DNA from: Balanoglossus misakiensis
Lineage: Eukaryota > Animalia > Hemichordata
Direction of reading: 5' to 3'
Assembly: GCA_040954595.2 (NCBI GenBank)
Contig: CM082583.2
Span: 10,987,656 to 11,051,655 of the forward strand
Length of the DNA stretch: 64,000 nucleotides
Shown here: in pieces, positions 12,768-26,600 of the stretch
Position numbering within the stretch: position 1 is the first letter of the stretch
How the letters are laid out: each line of letters begins with the position of its first letter
Made by a program: the position numbers and the translations under genes
Notes under the pieces: generated by a model
The model's input: the letters and a program-made list of their open reading frames with translations, nothing else
Told to the model about the DNA's origin: nothing
Database searches by the model: none

Positions 12768-15700
12768 TTCGGCATCAAGTTTTTCAACACATGTAATCTT
12801 TCTAGCTATTCACACGAGATCCTTCTTTCATTTGTGTATAGATGTCATTCAAGTACCCGTCCTTATTTTTTCCAGTTAAAACAACAACGACTGTTCATTT
12901 CTAATTGCGCATTTCACCGGGTGGTCCGTGTCTCATTCTTATATAAGTGTTCAAAAATATTCAGTATTATCATCCCCCTGCGGGATTCTGATTTGGTAAC
13001 CTTTAGACGCTGTCTCCATATGCGTGCAGACGAGCCACGCGCGGAATCTCAATTAACGGTGCTTCGCCGGGGATAATAAGTAGCGGAGAAAACTCAATCG
13101 CCGCCGTGGTCGTCCTTGCGTCATTGGCGAGCGCTCCCCGGCGGTGTCGATTTCATTACAATTAGCCGAAATAGAAACGACGCGGAAAAAACGGGCCAAT
13201 TTGTTGCAAGCAGGTGTGCGTCACCCAAAGTAAACAATCTCTCGCTGCAGCCTCGTGGTTAGTCCGTATATGAACTACGTCGTTAGACTATTTATCATAG
13301 CTCGGAGGCTCAGCACAGCGGAGGGAGCTAGCTGTGGCCCGGACAGGTGGTGACTCATTTAACTGGCGTTATTGGCCACTTCTGTCTATTACCAAGGGAT
13401 TTGTTCGGACTGCGTAACCAAAATCGTAAAAGGGAATAGTTGACGTCACATTTGGGGTAAGTGGTGACAAACATCGTACCACTCTTTATCTAATTATCCA
13501 AAATATCAAGTTCCAATAGCGTTTGCATTTAATGTATATACATGTACATGTACAGTACTCCGCAGTGCATTTTTTCTTCAAAGTTGTGTTACAGTATTTT
13601 GTGTGGTGGAATCCTATGGATCCTGTGTTGAACCGGTTTTCTTGCAATCTAGAGATTTACCAAATTTCCAAACGAGTTGCTGGCATTAATATTCGGTGAT
13701 TCCAGTGGACATCGGCAGACGTTATACAATCATTCTCCGCCGAGTCGTTTCTTTGACGCACGATTGTTTGACACCACGGTCGTGTTTTACTGCTGTCACG
13801 TGACCGGCAATAAAGCAACGTGAAATTAAAACTCTTGACGGTTTATATGACCGGGATGTTCAGATGACGAAAAAATACGATTGCAAGACTTTCCAATCAA
13901 CGATAGTGCTATATGCCATATTTTACTGGTCGTTTCCCGACTGCCATCTGTGTCACTGGTACCTCTTGGCAGACTGGAAGAATTCTCAAGTGTCACAAGG
14001 ACTGTTAAACGAACGCAAAACTTGAAGAATCAACGCACTGTCCATCTTATAGGAGTGTTTGGAAGTACATATAAATACCTGAAGGAATCGCTCAGTCAAA
14101 ATATCACAAATAGTTGACAGTCGTGGTGTAAAAAACCTGAGAAAATAAACAGAGAATATGCCTGGTTAAGATTTTTCGCCATAAAATATTCATAATCTCT
14201 GAAGCGTTTAACTGCAATAAAAGATATACAGTAGGCGATTTCACTCCAAGTTTCAATGTTTTATTAGGTTGGAATTCAGCAAGATGTTGCCATGGTTTTT
14301 GCTCCTGTAAAACACATTTCAGCGTGACTCGATACTGCTCGGTAACCGGATTTCAGTATGACGATGGATAATTTCTTTTGAAAGTCGGTTTTGTGTTAGA
14401 CACGGACTAAAATGCAAATCTGGACAGAGGCGTCTGAAATAGGAGCACCGGGGGGCACAGGTCGAGTCGAGTTTGTTAATGCAAGTGGGAAAGTGAAAGG
14501 TGCCCCCGGAAGACTTTGAGCATTATTCATGCGACCGTTATTGGTTGGTCAATACCAGATTGATTTCTCGATAAGTTATTAAGTCTGGCCGATAACAAAT
14601 GTCGATAATAAGTGCTTCTTTTGGTTGCGGATCGGCGCCAGAGATCCTGGAATCAGGACCTAAATGTGCCGAACGGTGGTTTGAAAAACACTCTCAGAAG
14701 ACTTGGCTTACTTTCCATCATTTCTAAAGACAGTAGCGCATTAGCCTCATTTACGCCAATCTTGACCATTGTGAAACAATTTCCCAATCGGTTTCCATGG
14801 AAACATAATATAAGCCATAATGGATTAAACTTCCCAGTGGGGAGAGATAAAATAATCTAGATGTCTATGATGACGAGAAGCAAGTGAGCATCGCACCGTC
14901 ACCTGTCACTTGTCAGCAACCAATGATCTGACTCGAATTTTCTTCTCGTTGTTGTATGCGCAGCGGATAAATTATTCTGTATGCCGCGCATGGCTGGCAA
15001 AACAGGTGGAAGTTGATTGCATTGCCATGAAAATTAGCGTGTTCACGTTTACCCCATCTGTCATTTTACAATCACGTCGGAATTTGGAATAATCAAGCGG
15101 TTACGAGATCTACACAAAAAGTGAAATTTGTTGCCACAACAAAAAACGTGCACCCACTTAGTAGCAAACTCAGGTCACTTTGTTTTATCATTGCTATTAA
15201 ATTTAAAACCTCACTCGCGGAGGAAAACTATGCCCTGTGCAAGGGTCCTAAACATCCCCGTTGATGTCACGCAATAGCTTTTGTATCAAGGCGAGAGCAA
15301 CGCCCATGGAATAAAGGCTGCAGCTATTCAATCGAATCCAGGGCCTAGGATAATTGACAGAGATTAAATAATTACCCAGAATTTTATTCGCCTCTTTTTT
15401 GCCGCTAATAATTTCCGCTGATTTCCATTGATTAAAACTGGAGATCCTAATTCAGTTTACTTGGATTAATCCTATTGCATCGCGTTGCCTTCAATCTCGC
15501 CTGTCTCAATTTCACTCCTCTCTTTGGTCAATCACCGAATATACAATGCTAATTTAGAACGATTTCCCGTCCCCTGCAGGCGCTAGTCATCGTAGACAAC
15601 ACACGAGCTGGCCACTAACAATGATATCAACCCCGACAGTATTATTCAACGGTATTTTACTCAGGAATGACGCATAAAACCGGAAGTTACTGAGAAATTG

Positions 15701-18700
15701 ATGACGCGATTTATGCAATAGATTGTCAAATCTCTCCGGGTCGCTCTGAAAAAGGGCTATAACACCAATTGAGATGAAATACATATACGTGTGTTCAGGA
15801 GATTTTCGACGGCGCTCGCTGCACATGTAATTAGGCAAGAATCCATTAATGCGTTGTGTGAATATTTGCTTTTCTCAGTAATCGATCATGCCGATTTTAT
15901 CCCAATTTTATCGATTTCCTGCCTCGAATCCTTTTACTCAATGTTTAAGTACAAGATTGCATGAAATCATTTCATCGTCAACTGGGTCGTAAATGTACCT
16001 TCGCCTTTTCAATTTGTTTCATTCTGTGATAAAAATGCAAGAAAAATATTTATGTAGCATTTTTTTCTGTTCGGTTAGTAAAGTCCCCTAAAATATACAA
16101 TTGAAAACCGATGTCCCCAGAAAACTAGGGGATTTGAGAGTACAGTGTACTTTACTGTCATGAGCAAAGGCCAATTGGTGAAGGGTCTTGAAGTAAAGTA
16201 CATTATATGTGTACACCACTGTAGAAACGGAAATACTCTGAAATGTCGGAGCAGCACATTGAAGTTTCTTTTCCGTTCTCCAAGCACTGACGGGAGTGTT
16301 GTAAATATACAGGTGGTTGCGCATGCTCAGCGTTGCTGTGGTCACAGGCGTCGGCAAATCGCCGCGTCCCATTCGTGGATTGATCGATCTATATATCGAT
16401 CAATCGGTTGTATGGATGGTTGGTTGGTTGGTTGATTAATGGGTGAAGATTCAAACCGTAGTACACATGATATCATAACTAATGTCGGTGACCCTGTAAG
16501 TGCTGTCGTGATGACAGATCTAAATCTGTAAAAAAATCTTCATCAAATACTGCGCTGTGTTTGATGAAGACAAATATAAACCAATAAAACAAAATTTAAG
16601 CTGGAATATTTATGTCTTGCGTACCTTGGCACATTCCAGTGATATTTTTATGATTTTAATAAATTTATCTGAAGTCAACTTCGACGACCCAAAGTAAAGT
16701 AAATTTGATTAAACAACATAATTAATGAAAGGTAGCTTGTTTGAAAATCTCAGTTACTTCGCGTAGAAATTACATTTGATTTATAATACGAATGATGAGC
16801 TCTCTATACTCAGCTGCACTTTTCGTTTTGTGGATTTAAAGGTACCCTTTAACAAGTCTATTTTCACATACAGAATTTCACTTTGCGACTATCTTTGTGA
16901 AACGTGTCAAAATTGCAAAAAGATAAAAGCCCGGTATTTGATAACACAAAAAATCGCGGGAAATGCAAGATGGTTCTGTTTGATGAAAGAAAATACCCCT
17001 TTGTCAGTGACAATATGTGGTATTCCCAATGAATGAAAAGTAAATGTTTTTCGATATGAAACTAGAGTGCAGTTTGAATATCGCTGCATGATTTTTTTCA
17101 CGAGACACCAGTGTTGACCCTTGTCTGTCGGTGCGCGTGCGGACCAGAGTAATGATAGCATTATGAGACCAGAGATGAACGCCATGATGTCATCACTGTT
17201 GCGTGCGTTGCCGTGGTTACAGCCCACAAACAGAAATCTCTGAGGGTCACATGATCGGTCACTTGGAGAAATTAATCCTCCAGACACGAGGCACTTAATT
17301 TATGTTTAGATCTAGCTGCCCTTACGTTTACTATGGAACTAAGCACTGTCTGCAAATATGAAGGAATTTACGGCACCATATTTGATCACCGGACAGAGTC
17401 CATAAACTAGAGTAATGTAAACGAATCAAAAACTGTCGCCTTGGTCAAAGTCGATAACAACGACTACAGCGCAGTTCGCTGAACTCATGTCAAGACGAGA
17501 GTGAAGGAATAAGGTCTGTGGTTACTTACATCATGTTATGAAAGTGAAAAAGATTCTTTAGCGTGCCAATATTACGTTGACTGAACGCCATGGAGCGTTA
17601 AATTGAGTTTCATCCATGACAGGCCAAGTGTTTACTATCCAAGGGATAATCACAAACGTTTTGCACTGGATGTTTATCTGGTCCCCAACCAATCGTCAAA
17701 TTTGTGAGGAATGAACTGCGATCGACTTGTGATTTCTTGCAGTCAAAAAGCATGAATTTTCAAACAACTTATATAACTTCATTAAAAACTGAATGAAATA
17801 CTGTCCCATTTGGACTTTGGGATACTGGGGTCAGTATTTATGATTGGCAGCGACAAGGACAATGAACAGCCGCATTGTTATAGAATACTTGCGATCATGT
17901 CGCAAAGATCTGTACAATTTATTTCATGCCAAGTATTTGGAGCAATCGGTGCGCTGTGGCTGCTTTCTCATTTCTCTAGTGTCGATTTTCCTGTCGCGGT
18001 CATCCAACTTGATTCTTGCTTATGAAAATGTGTCTACCGCATCACCAATTTCACTGGTAGGAGGCCTTGAATTTTACTGTTACTGGCCATGATCGGCCAG
18101 ACCTTGAGACTGGTAAGACGAAATGCTTGTATGGTTTATTTGTATGGTTTCACGCTATCGCGAGCAAAATGTCTCTGGTGGGCTGGTCTTCAGTTTGTTG
18201 GCCGACCGTTGATTCGATCTACATAGTGAGTGATATAGATATATTATCTGACAGACAAGAACCAGATTGACATAGCGTTAATCACATCGGCTGCTAATTC
18301 CCGCAAATTAACCACCAAATTGGCCGTATATTTATACTGGGTCGTATATTTAGCGTGGGTGCGCAGTGCATGTTTATTTACCTTTCCTGCATATAATTAG
18401 TGTGTAATGTTAATGCGTCCTACAGCGTCAAGGAAAACAAATTAACCATTAGTCACGATCATTTCATATCGCTTAAGTCGCTTAAAACGTTCCGATCAAA
18501 CATCACCAGATCATTATGGACTTCGATCGATGACGAGTTGCCGAGTGATAGAAGATTAGTCTAAGGTTAGTTACCGTACCAATGCACACAGTAGTCATCT
18601 TCGATTCGACGTCGAAGCTCGACGGTATGACAATCCATCAAATTTTGATGCAGAGTGTCAAGTTTTGTTTCAGAAAGTTATTGGTGAAATGTAAAAAAGA

Positions 18701-21700
18701 CAGATAGACAACAGAAGACTGTGTTTTGGTGGTGGTGGTGGTGGATGTGGTAGGGGTGGTGATTGTAATTTCGCGCGGTGCCAACAACAAAGCACGAGAG
18801 TGCAGGGAAGGGTTTTCACACCATTGACACGAATGAACTCAAACACCTGCTATTCATTTGTTCTCACATCAGTGGCACACGACAGCGTGACATCGGGGTC
18901 TGATTGCTCACGCACTTTCTTGAGTCAAAGGTCTCTCTGTTTATATAGTTAGCGCGTGGCGTTCCCGCACAAGGCAATTAATTTGGGCGTATTCCGTGTT
19001 GGATTTTTACGGCCGATTTAGTAGCCATTTCCTACTGACTCTCTCATTCGCGTTGTTAACTTCAATCAACATTCGACGTCTTTAAAAACTCGCCAAAGCA
19101 CAAATCAATTGGACATAAATTAAGTCCTCTTACATACACAAAGTGAACTTGTCAGCCTAGTCAAAGACTTTTCCTTTCGTAACCACATGGACTGTAATAC
19201 TTATACTGCAACATGAGTTCGTTATGAAGGACATATTACTTCTGGCAAATTCCAGTTGACAAACGTAGCCTATCAATTTCCATTAGCTTTCCATCGCGAC
19301 ATGGATAACGTAGGCGCTGTGGTCGGGGTTAGGAAACCCTAGACCGAAAGATGTTCTTTGAATCGGGAACTGAAAATAAGGTACTAATTTTTTAATTTAC
19401 GATAGTTAGTAATGGTGACATATCTTAAACAGCAATGCACCATAAAACTTATAGTTTATTTGAGTTTTATTTTCGCAGTTGGTCCTACCAGGAATTCTTC
19501 TTTGTTTGTTTTTTCTTTCTTTTTATTGATACTCTCGTTTTCGTGTGTTTAGTTTTGACCTTCTTTTCTGTGATGCATTTGGATGCAGTCGCCTCTTAAA
19601 GAACACATCGGTCATAGCTTGGCCGATCAATCACTCTCAGTCACGGGGTACACCAGTGTTAAGTTGCTTTAAGTATCGGCATGCTCGTCACGCATGGGTT
19701 TCTGAAGATTTTACATCACTGACAAAAGGCACATGATTCGCCATTTATTTTTGTGTCATTCGAAAATAGCAATGTTTTAGTTGGAGTGGTTGATATTGAT
19801 AAACCTGGTCACCAAATCTTCCCAACAATTTCAAAACAGGTTTTTGTGTGTGGATTTTTACGTGTTCTTAATATTTTGAAATGTTGTTATTTCCCAAATA
19901 TGCAAATCACGAAGACGTCACCTCTCGTTCTCCAAACCAATGATACATTATCTGCCATTTAAGATTATCGTTCTTTCGCATCGACAGTATTCCAACTTAA
20001 AGCCCTTTTAGACAGGCATATTTTTCCGTGCTGCCGTATAATTGCTATCGATCGTTCTCCGTTAAGTATGGAATGATTTAGAACACCTGGGGTTCCCCGG
20101 CGATCCACAGATCAAAGAGACTCTGCAACTTAATCATCTTTGTTAATGAACCGGTTGTCCTTTTAATTAATACTGCTCGCTAAGAGCGGAGTTCGGCAGT
20201 TTGATTAATCGATACACTATGTACATCGCAACCCTCCGGGACATATACTTGGGGAGCATGATCCCAACTCGCAGTCGACGGATTAGATGAAATATTGAGG
20301 TTTCCACACGGTCTGTGGGAATGATAAAAAATATACCTACAAAGTTTTATGAACTGTCTGTGTCTCAATCTGGAAATGTGCCAAGTCGTTTAAAGTAACT
20401 TTAAAAGCTTATTTGACCTTTCCATAATCCAGAAAGAAGGGAATATTGACAGTTTCTTTATTGCGTGTTCAAGAGACATAAATTTGAATTCAAAACATTC
20501 AGACTGAATGTTGCTCTTATCTCGCCGTTTTCTCTATAAGAGAACGTGGAATGCGTGCCACTCAATATTTGTCCTCAATTTCCCGATTGCGCGCACAACT
20601 GACCGAGTCAAAGGAATTTTATTCTTCCAGACTAGTGCATCCACTGGAGCATGAACGATCTGGAATTTGGGGTCGTTGCATTTCCAACTGATTTACACTG
20701 ACTGTGTGTGTGAATATGATAATAGATAAACTCATGGCCCAGACAACGAAACCGGTATTTCACAGTGGCGTTAAAAGTCAGAATTATCGTATTTTACTCA
20801 TTCAGTAATTCGTGTCAGGAACGACACCACTGTTGCATTTCCGTTGACCAGTGGTTTATAAATACATGTAAATTATGGGTACATTCAGTGTTTTGCGGGG
20901 TTCGATTCTCACGTATTACACGTACTAGCCCACATATCGTCCATTTACGTGCCGATAGACAACTATAAATTTGCAATCACATAATTGAATTCCATGCTTC
21001 CGTGGTGAGCAGCGACTTTGAACAGTTTACACCATAAATCCAAGCCTCTATTGGCGCTTGCGCAGCTGTGAAACCCACGGGTCGATATTCGTCGCCGGAA
21101 GCTTGATTGGCCACGAAATAGGCGCCCTCAAAGTTGCCCATGGTTTGCTTTCGGGGATCCATCCAAGTACACCGTGTTTTGCACGTTTTGCTGTGTCTGC
21201 GTGGGAACCTTGTTACGTAAGTAAAAAGCGAATGTGGGGGAAAATCTGAAGTATGCTGAGAAGACCCTGGCCTGGTCATCATAACTGTCAAATCCGTCAC
21301 CATTACACATGACGGTAGCAATTCGGTACATTCATTTTATACAGAAAAGCAAGAACGTCTCCACTTTGATGTGCTGCTCTTTCAAACTACTGGCATAAAG
21401 GGCAGCGACATTGCATTTATTGCCGTCAGTCGATTTGCGTAATCGCATTAGCTGCAGAATCATAATCCCGCTGGATAGAATACGAAATCTCCTCTTGCTT
21501 TTGATGTCGGGGAAAGGAAATTACCATCAAAGTGCGGGTTTGTGTGTTTCGGCCGTAATGTCATTTTGATTCGCATCATTCCCACATTTCGCCGTAACCG
21601 CGTCACCCCGTCTTAAGCAACCTGCTCGGTTGCCCATGGCGACCGCTGATGCTGATTGCCCTTGGTATACCGCTGTGTCATTTTCAACTGTTCGCGTTTC

Positions 21701-23686
21701 CCCTTGGGCCACCATCTTACTAATTACGTCAAGGTGAGCTTCGACCGGGACATTAAACAAACCGTGAAAATACCGATGTGTTTTTTCACTCGCTGGTATT
21801 ATTTCTAATTTTAAATGACAGCATCTGTAACAAGACTACTATTTCCTTCCGACTTCATGATCCCCAGTAAGTCAGTCTCTAAGTGAAATGGGCAGTTTCA
21901 TTTTTCGATTGGACAAAAAGAAATGTAAAGAGTTTACGTGCCATGGTGATCTCCTGAAAATACTAGGTCTAAATCCCTTTCTCCGTGAATGACAAGTGTC
22001 TTGCAGTTCTATTTATAATCAGTGTCATTCTGCCTGCCAATGAGGAAACCGACTGAAAAGGATTTCGCTGTATACATGTATTATGGCAGCGCTGTACTAA
22101 ATCACAGGAGTTCGATCCAGACTTTCCATACAGAGTACCAATTCCAGACCTGCTCCATTGTTTTTGGGTAATCGGAGTCAATTTGTGAAGATTAGCGCTG
22201 GATATCACGTGATCTGAGTTAAGACAATGCTGCGTTGCTATTTTTTCCAGTCAGTTCATATCATGCAGAAATTTGCTTACAATTTCTACAATATATGATG
22301 TACGCAGAATCTCCTCAAATTTCGCGTGTGATGTCAATTGATATGATCATGACGTAATAGTTTTTGCATAATTCGAGCGGTGAGTCCGACCTCTAGTATA
22401 GTTGGCCTAAACAACCTATATTTCGCCGACCTCAGCAAATGTATAACTGTTTTCCCATTCGCCAAGACAAGAAAACTATTTGCATGTGAATGGGACGTCG
22501 CAGAGGAGAGTCTATTGTCTCCTTTGTCGTCTCTGTGTAGTACGAGATTATTGTATACTAACGTCCATCCAAGGTGTATACATAATTAGCTCAGCTATGG
22601 TGTACGGCATTGCAGGAGTTTTTTGACGGGCCGCTGTAAGGATTCCTGTAGAACAAGGGTGTCTCATTTCACGCTGAGCTGAGGCGAGTGTCATGTTGTA
22701 AGTTGTCAGTGGTAAGTTTCGTCTTGCGCTTTTTTGTGGGCCACTAATTTACGAAATCCAACAATTACGTTTACACACCTGTCGTTTGTGGTGAATTGTT
22801 GAGTTATCATCTACTCACGGTTGAACTAGCGAGTACAGTGCTTTCTTTGAGTCGTCAGACGTTGAAATGTTCGCCTGGATAAAACGGAAAACACACGTAT
22901 TTTCATTTGACTGTTGCGTGTTTACCAAATGAGTATGTGTCATTTTGAAAAAAAAAGATGGGATGGATCGATGGCCAACGGAAGAATCGATACTCCACGA
23001 ATAGATTGGATGTTAAAAGTACAGGAGAATGAATCAGCTTGTTTACCGTTGCCGTTCAAACCGGACATAGTCATACTACATCTGTCGCGTCGTCGGCTCT
23101 TACATAAACTTCGTCTCGATTCTCGCCGCTGCAGACACACTGAGGCAAATCTCACGCGTCCACATACAATTGACAAGTGCGCCTAACCAGCACGCGTTAA
23201 TTAATTTGAGTAGAGGACAGCTTCTATAGTAACGCCAGGGCCCGCTAACATTAACGCTCTCACAATTTAATTACAATGTTGTTTGCTTGGTGCGGTGGTC
23301 TTAAAACGGCCAGACAATAGGCACCGTTAGGTGTCAAATACCTGCCGACAATTAACGTTTAGGAAGGTGAAGTATGCGACTTTCAAGTCATCATGTTCCA
23401 ACAGTCGGTTGACGTTACTGGGGCAAGAATATTCAACGCAGGCACGTTTCACTTCAACCAGCCATTATACCCGTGATTCAATGGCCGTGTCAGGAAATTC
23501 TGCGAGATTTAAAACTTTGCCACTGATTTGTTTTCGACTCGTTCAAGACAATTAACAATTTCCCAGTGATTCCCCTTGAAATCACATCATTACTAGTATG
23601 TATTTCCTATTTTCCAGGGATTCTTAGATGCATGCGGAAAAGCGCAACACAAGGAAGTCAGGAAGGGGGACGTGTACAGTGACAAC

Positions 23687-26600
23687 ATGAATGCGGTGTT
23701 GCCGTTCTTGTTCCTACTCGCATTTGTCAGAGGTGAGTCAATTGCATTCCCTTGCTATCGCACACACTTTTTCTCGCCCAACTCACAAGTCATGTACTTC
23801 AAACTCTGTACTTAGCAATATTAGAAACGCTTTCCTCTGTCACGTGATGTTAATCAGACGTGCACTGACTATTCAGATTGCGACGCAGTCTCCATGTATG
23901 ACAGAAACATGTCCACATTTTAAACATTCGAGTGGCGTTTTCATTCGTGAGACGTTCGAAAGGTTGAAAGCAAGAAAATGAATTTTCCTGGCAGCTCCGT
24001 GATCCCATCTCGTTTGCGCGCCCGTGTATATTCCGACTTCTGGCATACACGTGACAGTATGGACTAATTAGCATGCGGGTAGTACAAGTGTAGATCCGTA
24101 ATAAAACTAGAAACCACTGAGAAAGGGCCTTAGGCCGCAACTGGAATCAAGATAATGGTTGAACGCTGCAAACGCTCGGAGAATTCAAATTCAACCCTCG
24201 CTGATGTGTTAGATAATATTTTTTATTTTACCTCCGCTCTTTATTTTAGCTGGTCAATTGACCTGCCCTGTTGGGTCAAGGTTATTTTTTTCTCTACTTC
24301 ACTTGGGAAATGATTCCCATGATGCCAGTTTTATGTATGAACAAAGGAAGGCATCTCTATTGAAAGTTTAATCGGGGCTTTACGACCTGGTAAGCTCCCT
24401 CTGAGATCTGACCTCTGACCCTGACAGATCAGCTTGTATCATGTGTCAAAAGTACACGTAGGCCGGTACTTCGAAAGCACTGTTCGGAAACTGGGTGAGT
24501 TGGTACGCCCTTCTCTACCTGTGTTTATCTGAGGGGTGCTCGCATTCATGAAACTGTAAAGGTTCGTCCACTATAGGGCCAGCGTAACCGCTACACGCCA
24601 CATGCACAAAGATGTAAACCACGTTTTAAAATTCAATTTGATATTTTACGGAATCACTTAAGCGTTTATTGCGAAAACGAGAACCCACGGCTTCGATTGC
24701 TGGAAATTCCAATTTTCCTTAATTATCCACTCCAGGTCGTAAGCGTACAATTACTCTTCCCATTGTTTTGATAACGACTGCCTGGTTTCCACGTAAATGG
24801 AATTTGAATTTCTATGACCCATGATAGGACAATCGAAAAAGCGGTGCGTTTTATTAGAATCGCTCAAATGACCGATATGCATATTAATTCAATTAGCGAC
24901 ATTGAAATGGCACGAATGCGAATAGCAAAATCGCGCTGTCTTTTAGATTAAACATGCCCTTTGCCCATATATTGAATTTCTGATACACCAGCCACAGCGT
25001 TATGTTAAGAATTAAATGACTTGATATTGCAAGGAAACCTTGATATAAATCTAGGCAACCTAACGAGGTCATTTCGGTCTACCATCGTTAATGCATCATA
25101 TCTGGTGCAGTATCTCTTTAATTAAGGAAACCCCATTTAGAGTAGTGGTAATTTAGTTAGATTGGTATTGGTCATAACCGATCATTTATTTGGTTCGTGA
25201 TTATACTCCGAAAATACCTACAAGAAACCACCAGAATATATGCTCTGTCAGTCATGAGGATGTCAGCGATGACATTAAGATGCATCTTTGTGATGGTGGT
25301 TGAAGTCATTGTCGTAAGCGTTGGTGTTGTTGTTGTGCTGGTCAGCCAAACACCACACGTGTCTGTAAGCCAAATGAGAAACGACGTCTGTCGATGAATT
25401 ACTCAACATTTCATTAAATTAAGAACTCTTACTGAAGTCAACTTTCGGTCAAGCGTGACGTTATATCGAGACTACCGATCAATCAATCGCTCAATCGAGT
25501 GAATAATCAAAACTCATGTACATGCTAATGTTCTGATCAGTCTGTTCATTTGCTACTATGATATAAGTCATACAGCTTGGCGTACGTGCCATCTCCTGCC
25601 GAATATTTCAAGTTGATCCTTAACTAAAGCAACACAGTTCTTCGTTCGAGAGATTTGGTTCGTTACGGGTGACAGGTGATATGGGACGCCACTTGCCGAG
25701 CGACGATGACAGACGATGTGGGCCGGCAGTCGCCAAGTGATAGTGACCCATATCATAAACAACTCACTTACGGAGAACGAGTTCACGTGACCCCATAATT
25801 TTCAATCGACAGCCTGGTGTCATCTGTCAAATTTTTTTTTCCACGATCCGCGCAACGCTTGCAGTGTGAAGATTTCAACTGAGGGAGGCAATGTCCTTTA
25901 CAGTGAGAAGTCGCACCTTCCTATTCCTGTGCATGTTCAAATGATTTCCGCTCAATCGTGACTAAACTGTTAAAAAATCGCACATGCAACACTCCCGGGA
26001 GAGTTTATTCTGGCAGCAACGTGAATGAATTGTGTGTAAAAATGAACAAACTGTACTGTATTGAAATTTCAAGCACAGTGTCACGTTTTACAAACATATC
26101 AATCTTACTGTGTGCTACTCTATTCCTCTAGAGGTTACAGTATCCCGGTGTCCTTCAAGCAAATTTTGCTAAATTATTTTCCCCGGCGTCAGATCGTTCA
26201 ATTCTTCAATACACGAAAACCTTCAAATAAGAAGTGTCAATACGATGACTCACATATATGGTTATCTTATTAACCGATTGTCAAATACTTTTCTGTTTCT
26301 GGTTTCTTTATTTAATTAACTCTAAGTGAAAATTATATGGAACTGTGATAAGTCTGAGCGTTGTGTTTGGGGTGGGGGGGGGGGGGGCAAGTCGCGCTGC
26401 TTTGCACTCTGGGTATCGGAGTATCGTTTCAATGGTGTCATCTGCGCGAAACTACAAGTGTTTACCCAGAGCGAAATTGCCATAAAAGTATGTTGATAAA
26501 TGTCCAAAGCGTCAGCTCATGCATGGGCACTGAGGTTGACGAATAGCAGTCGCAAAAACGCATCAGTCACCGACGCGTAGGTTTTCAAAAAGGAACACCA

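Noticed and set aside
13309-13329. RE1/NRSE-like CTCAGCACAGCGGAGGGAGCT upstream of neuronal genes
   Set aside because: Mismatches at core positions, and RE1 regulation is largely a vertebrate feature.
17844-18112. Hydrophobic ORF with nearby donor sites as a candidate nAChR signal-peptide exon (also 25197..25397)
   Set aside because: The donor phases do not match the phase-1 acceptor at 28212; 23687..23732 fits much better.
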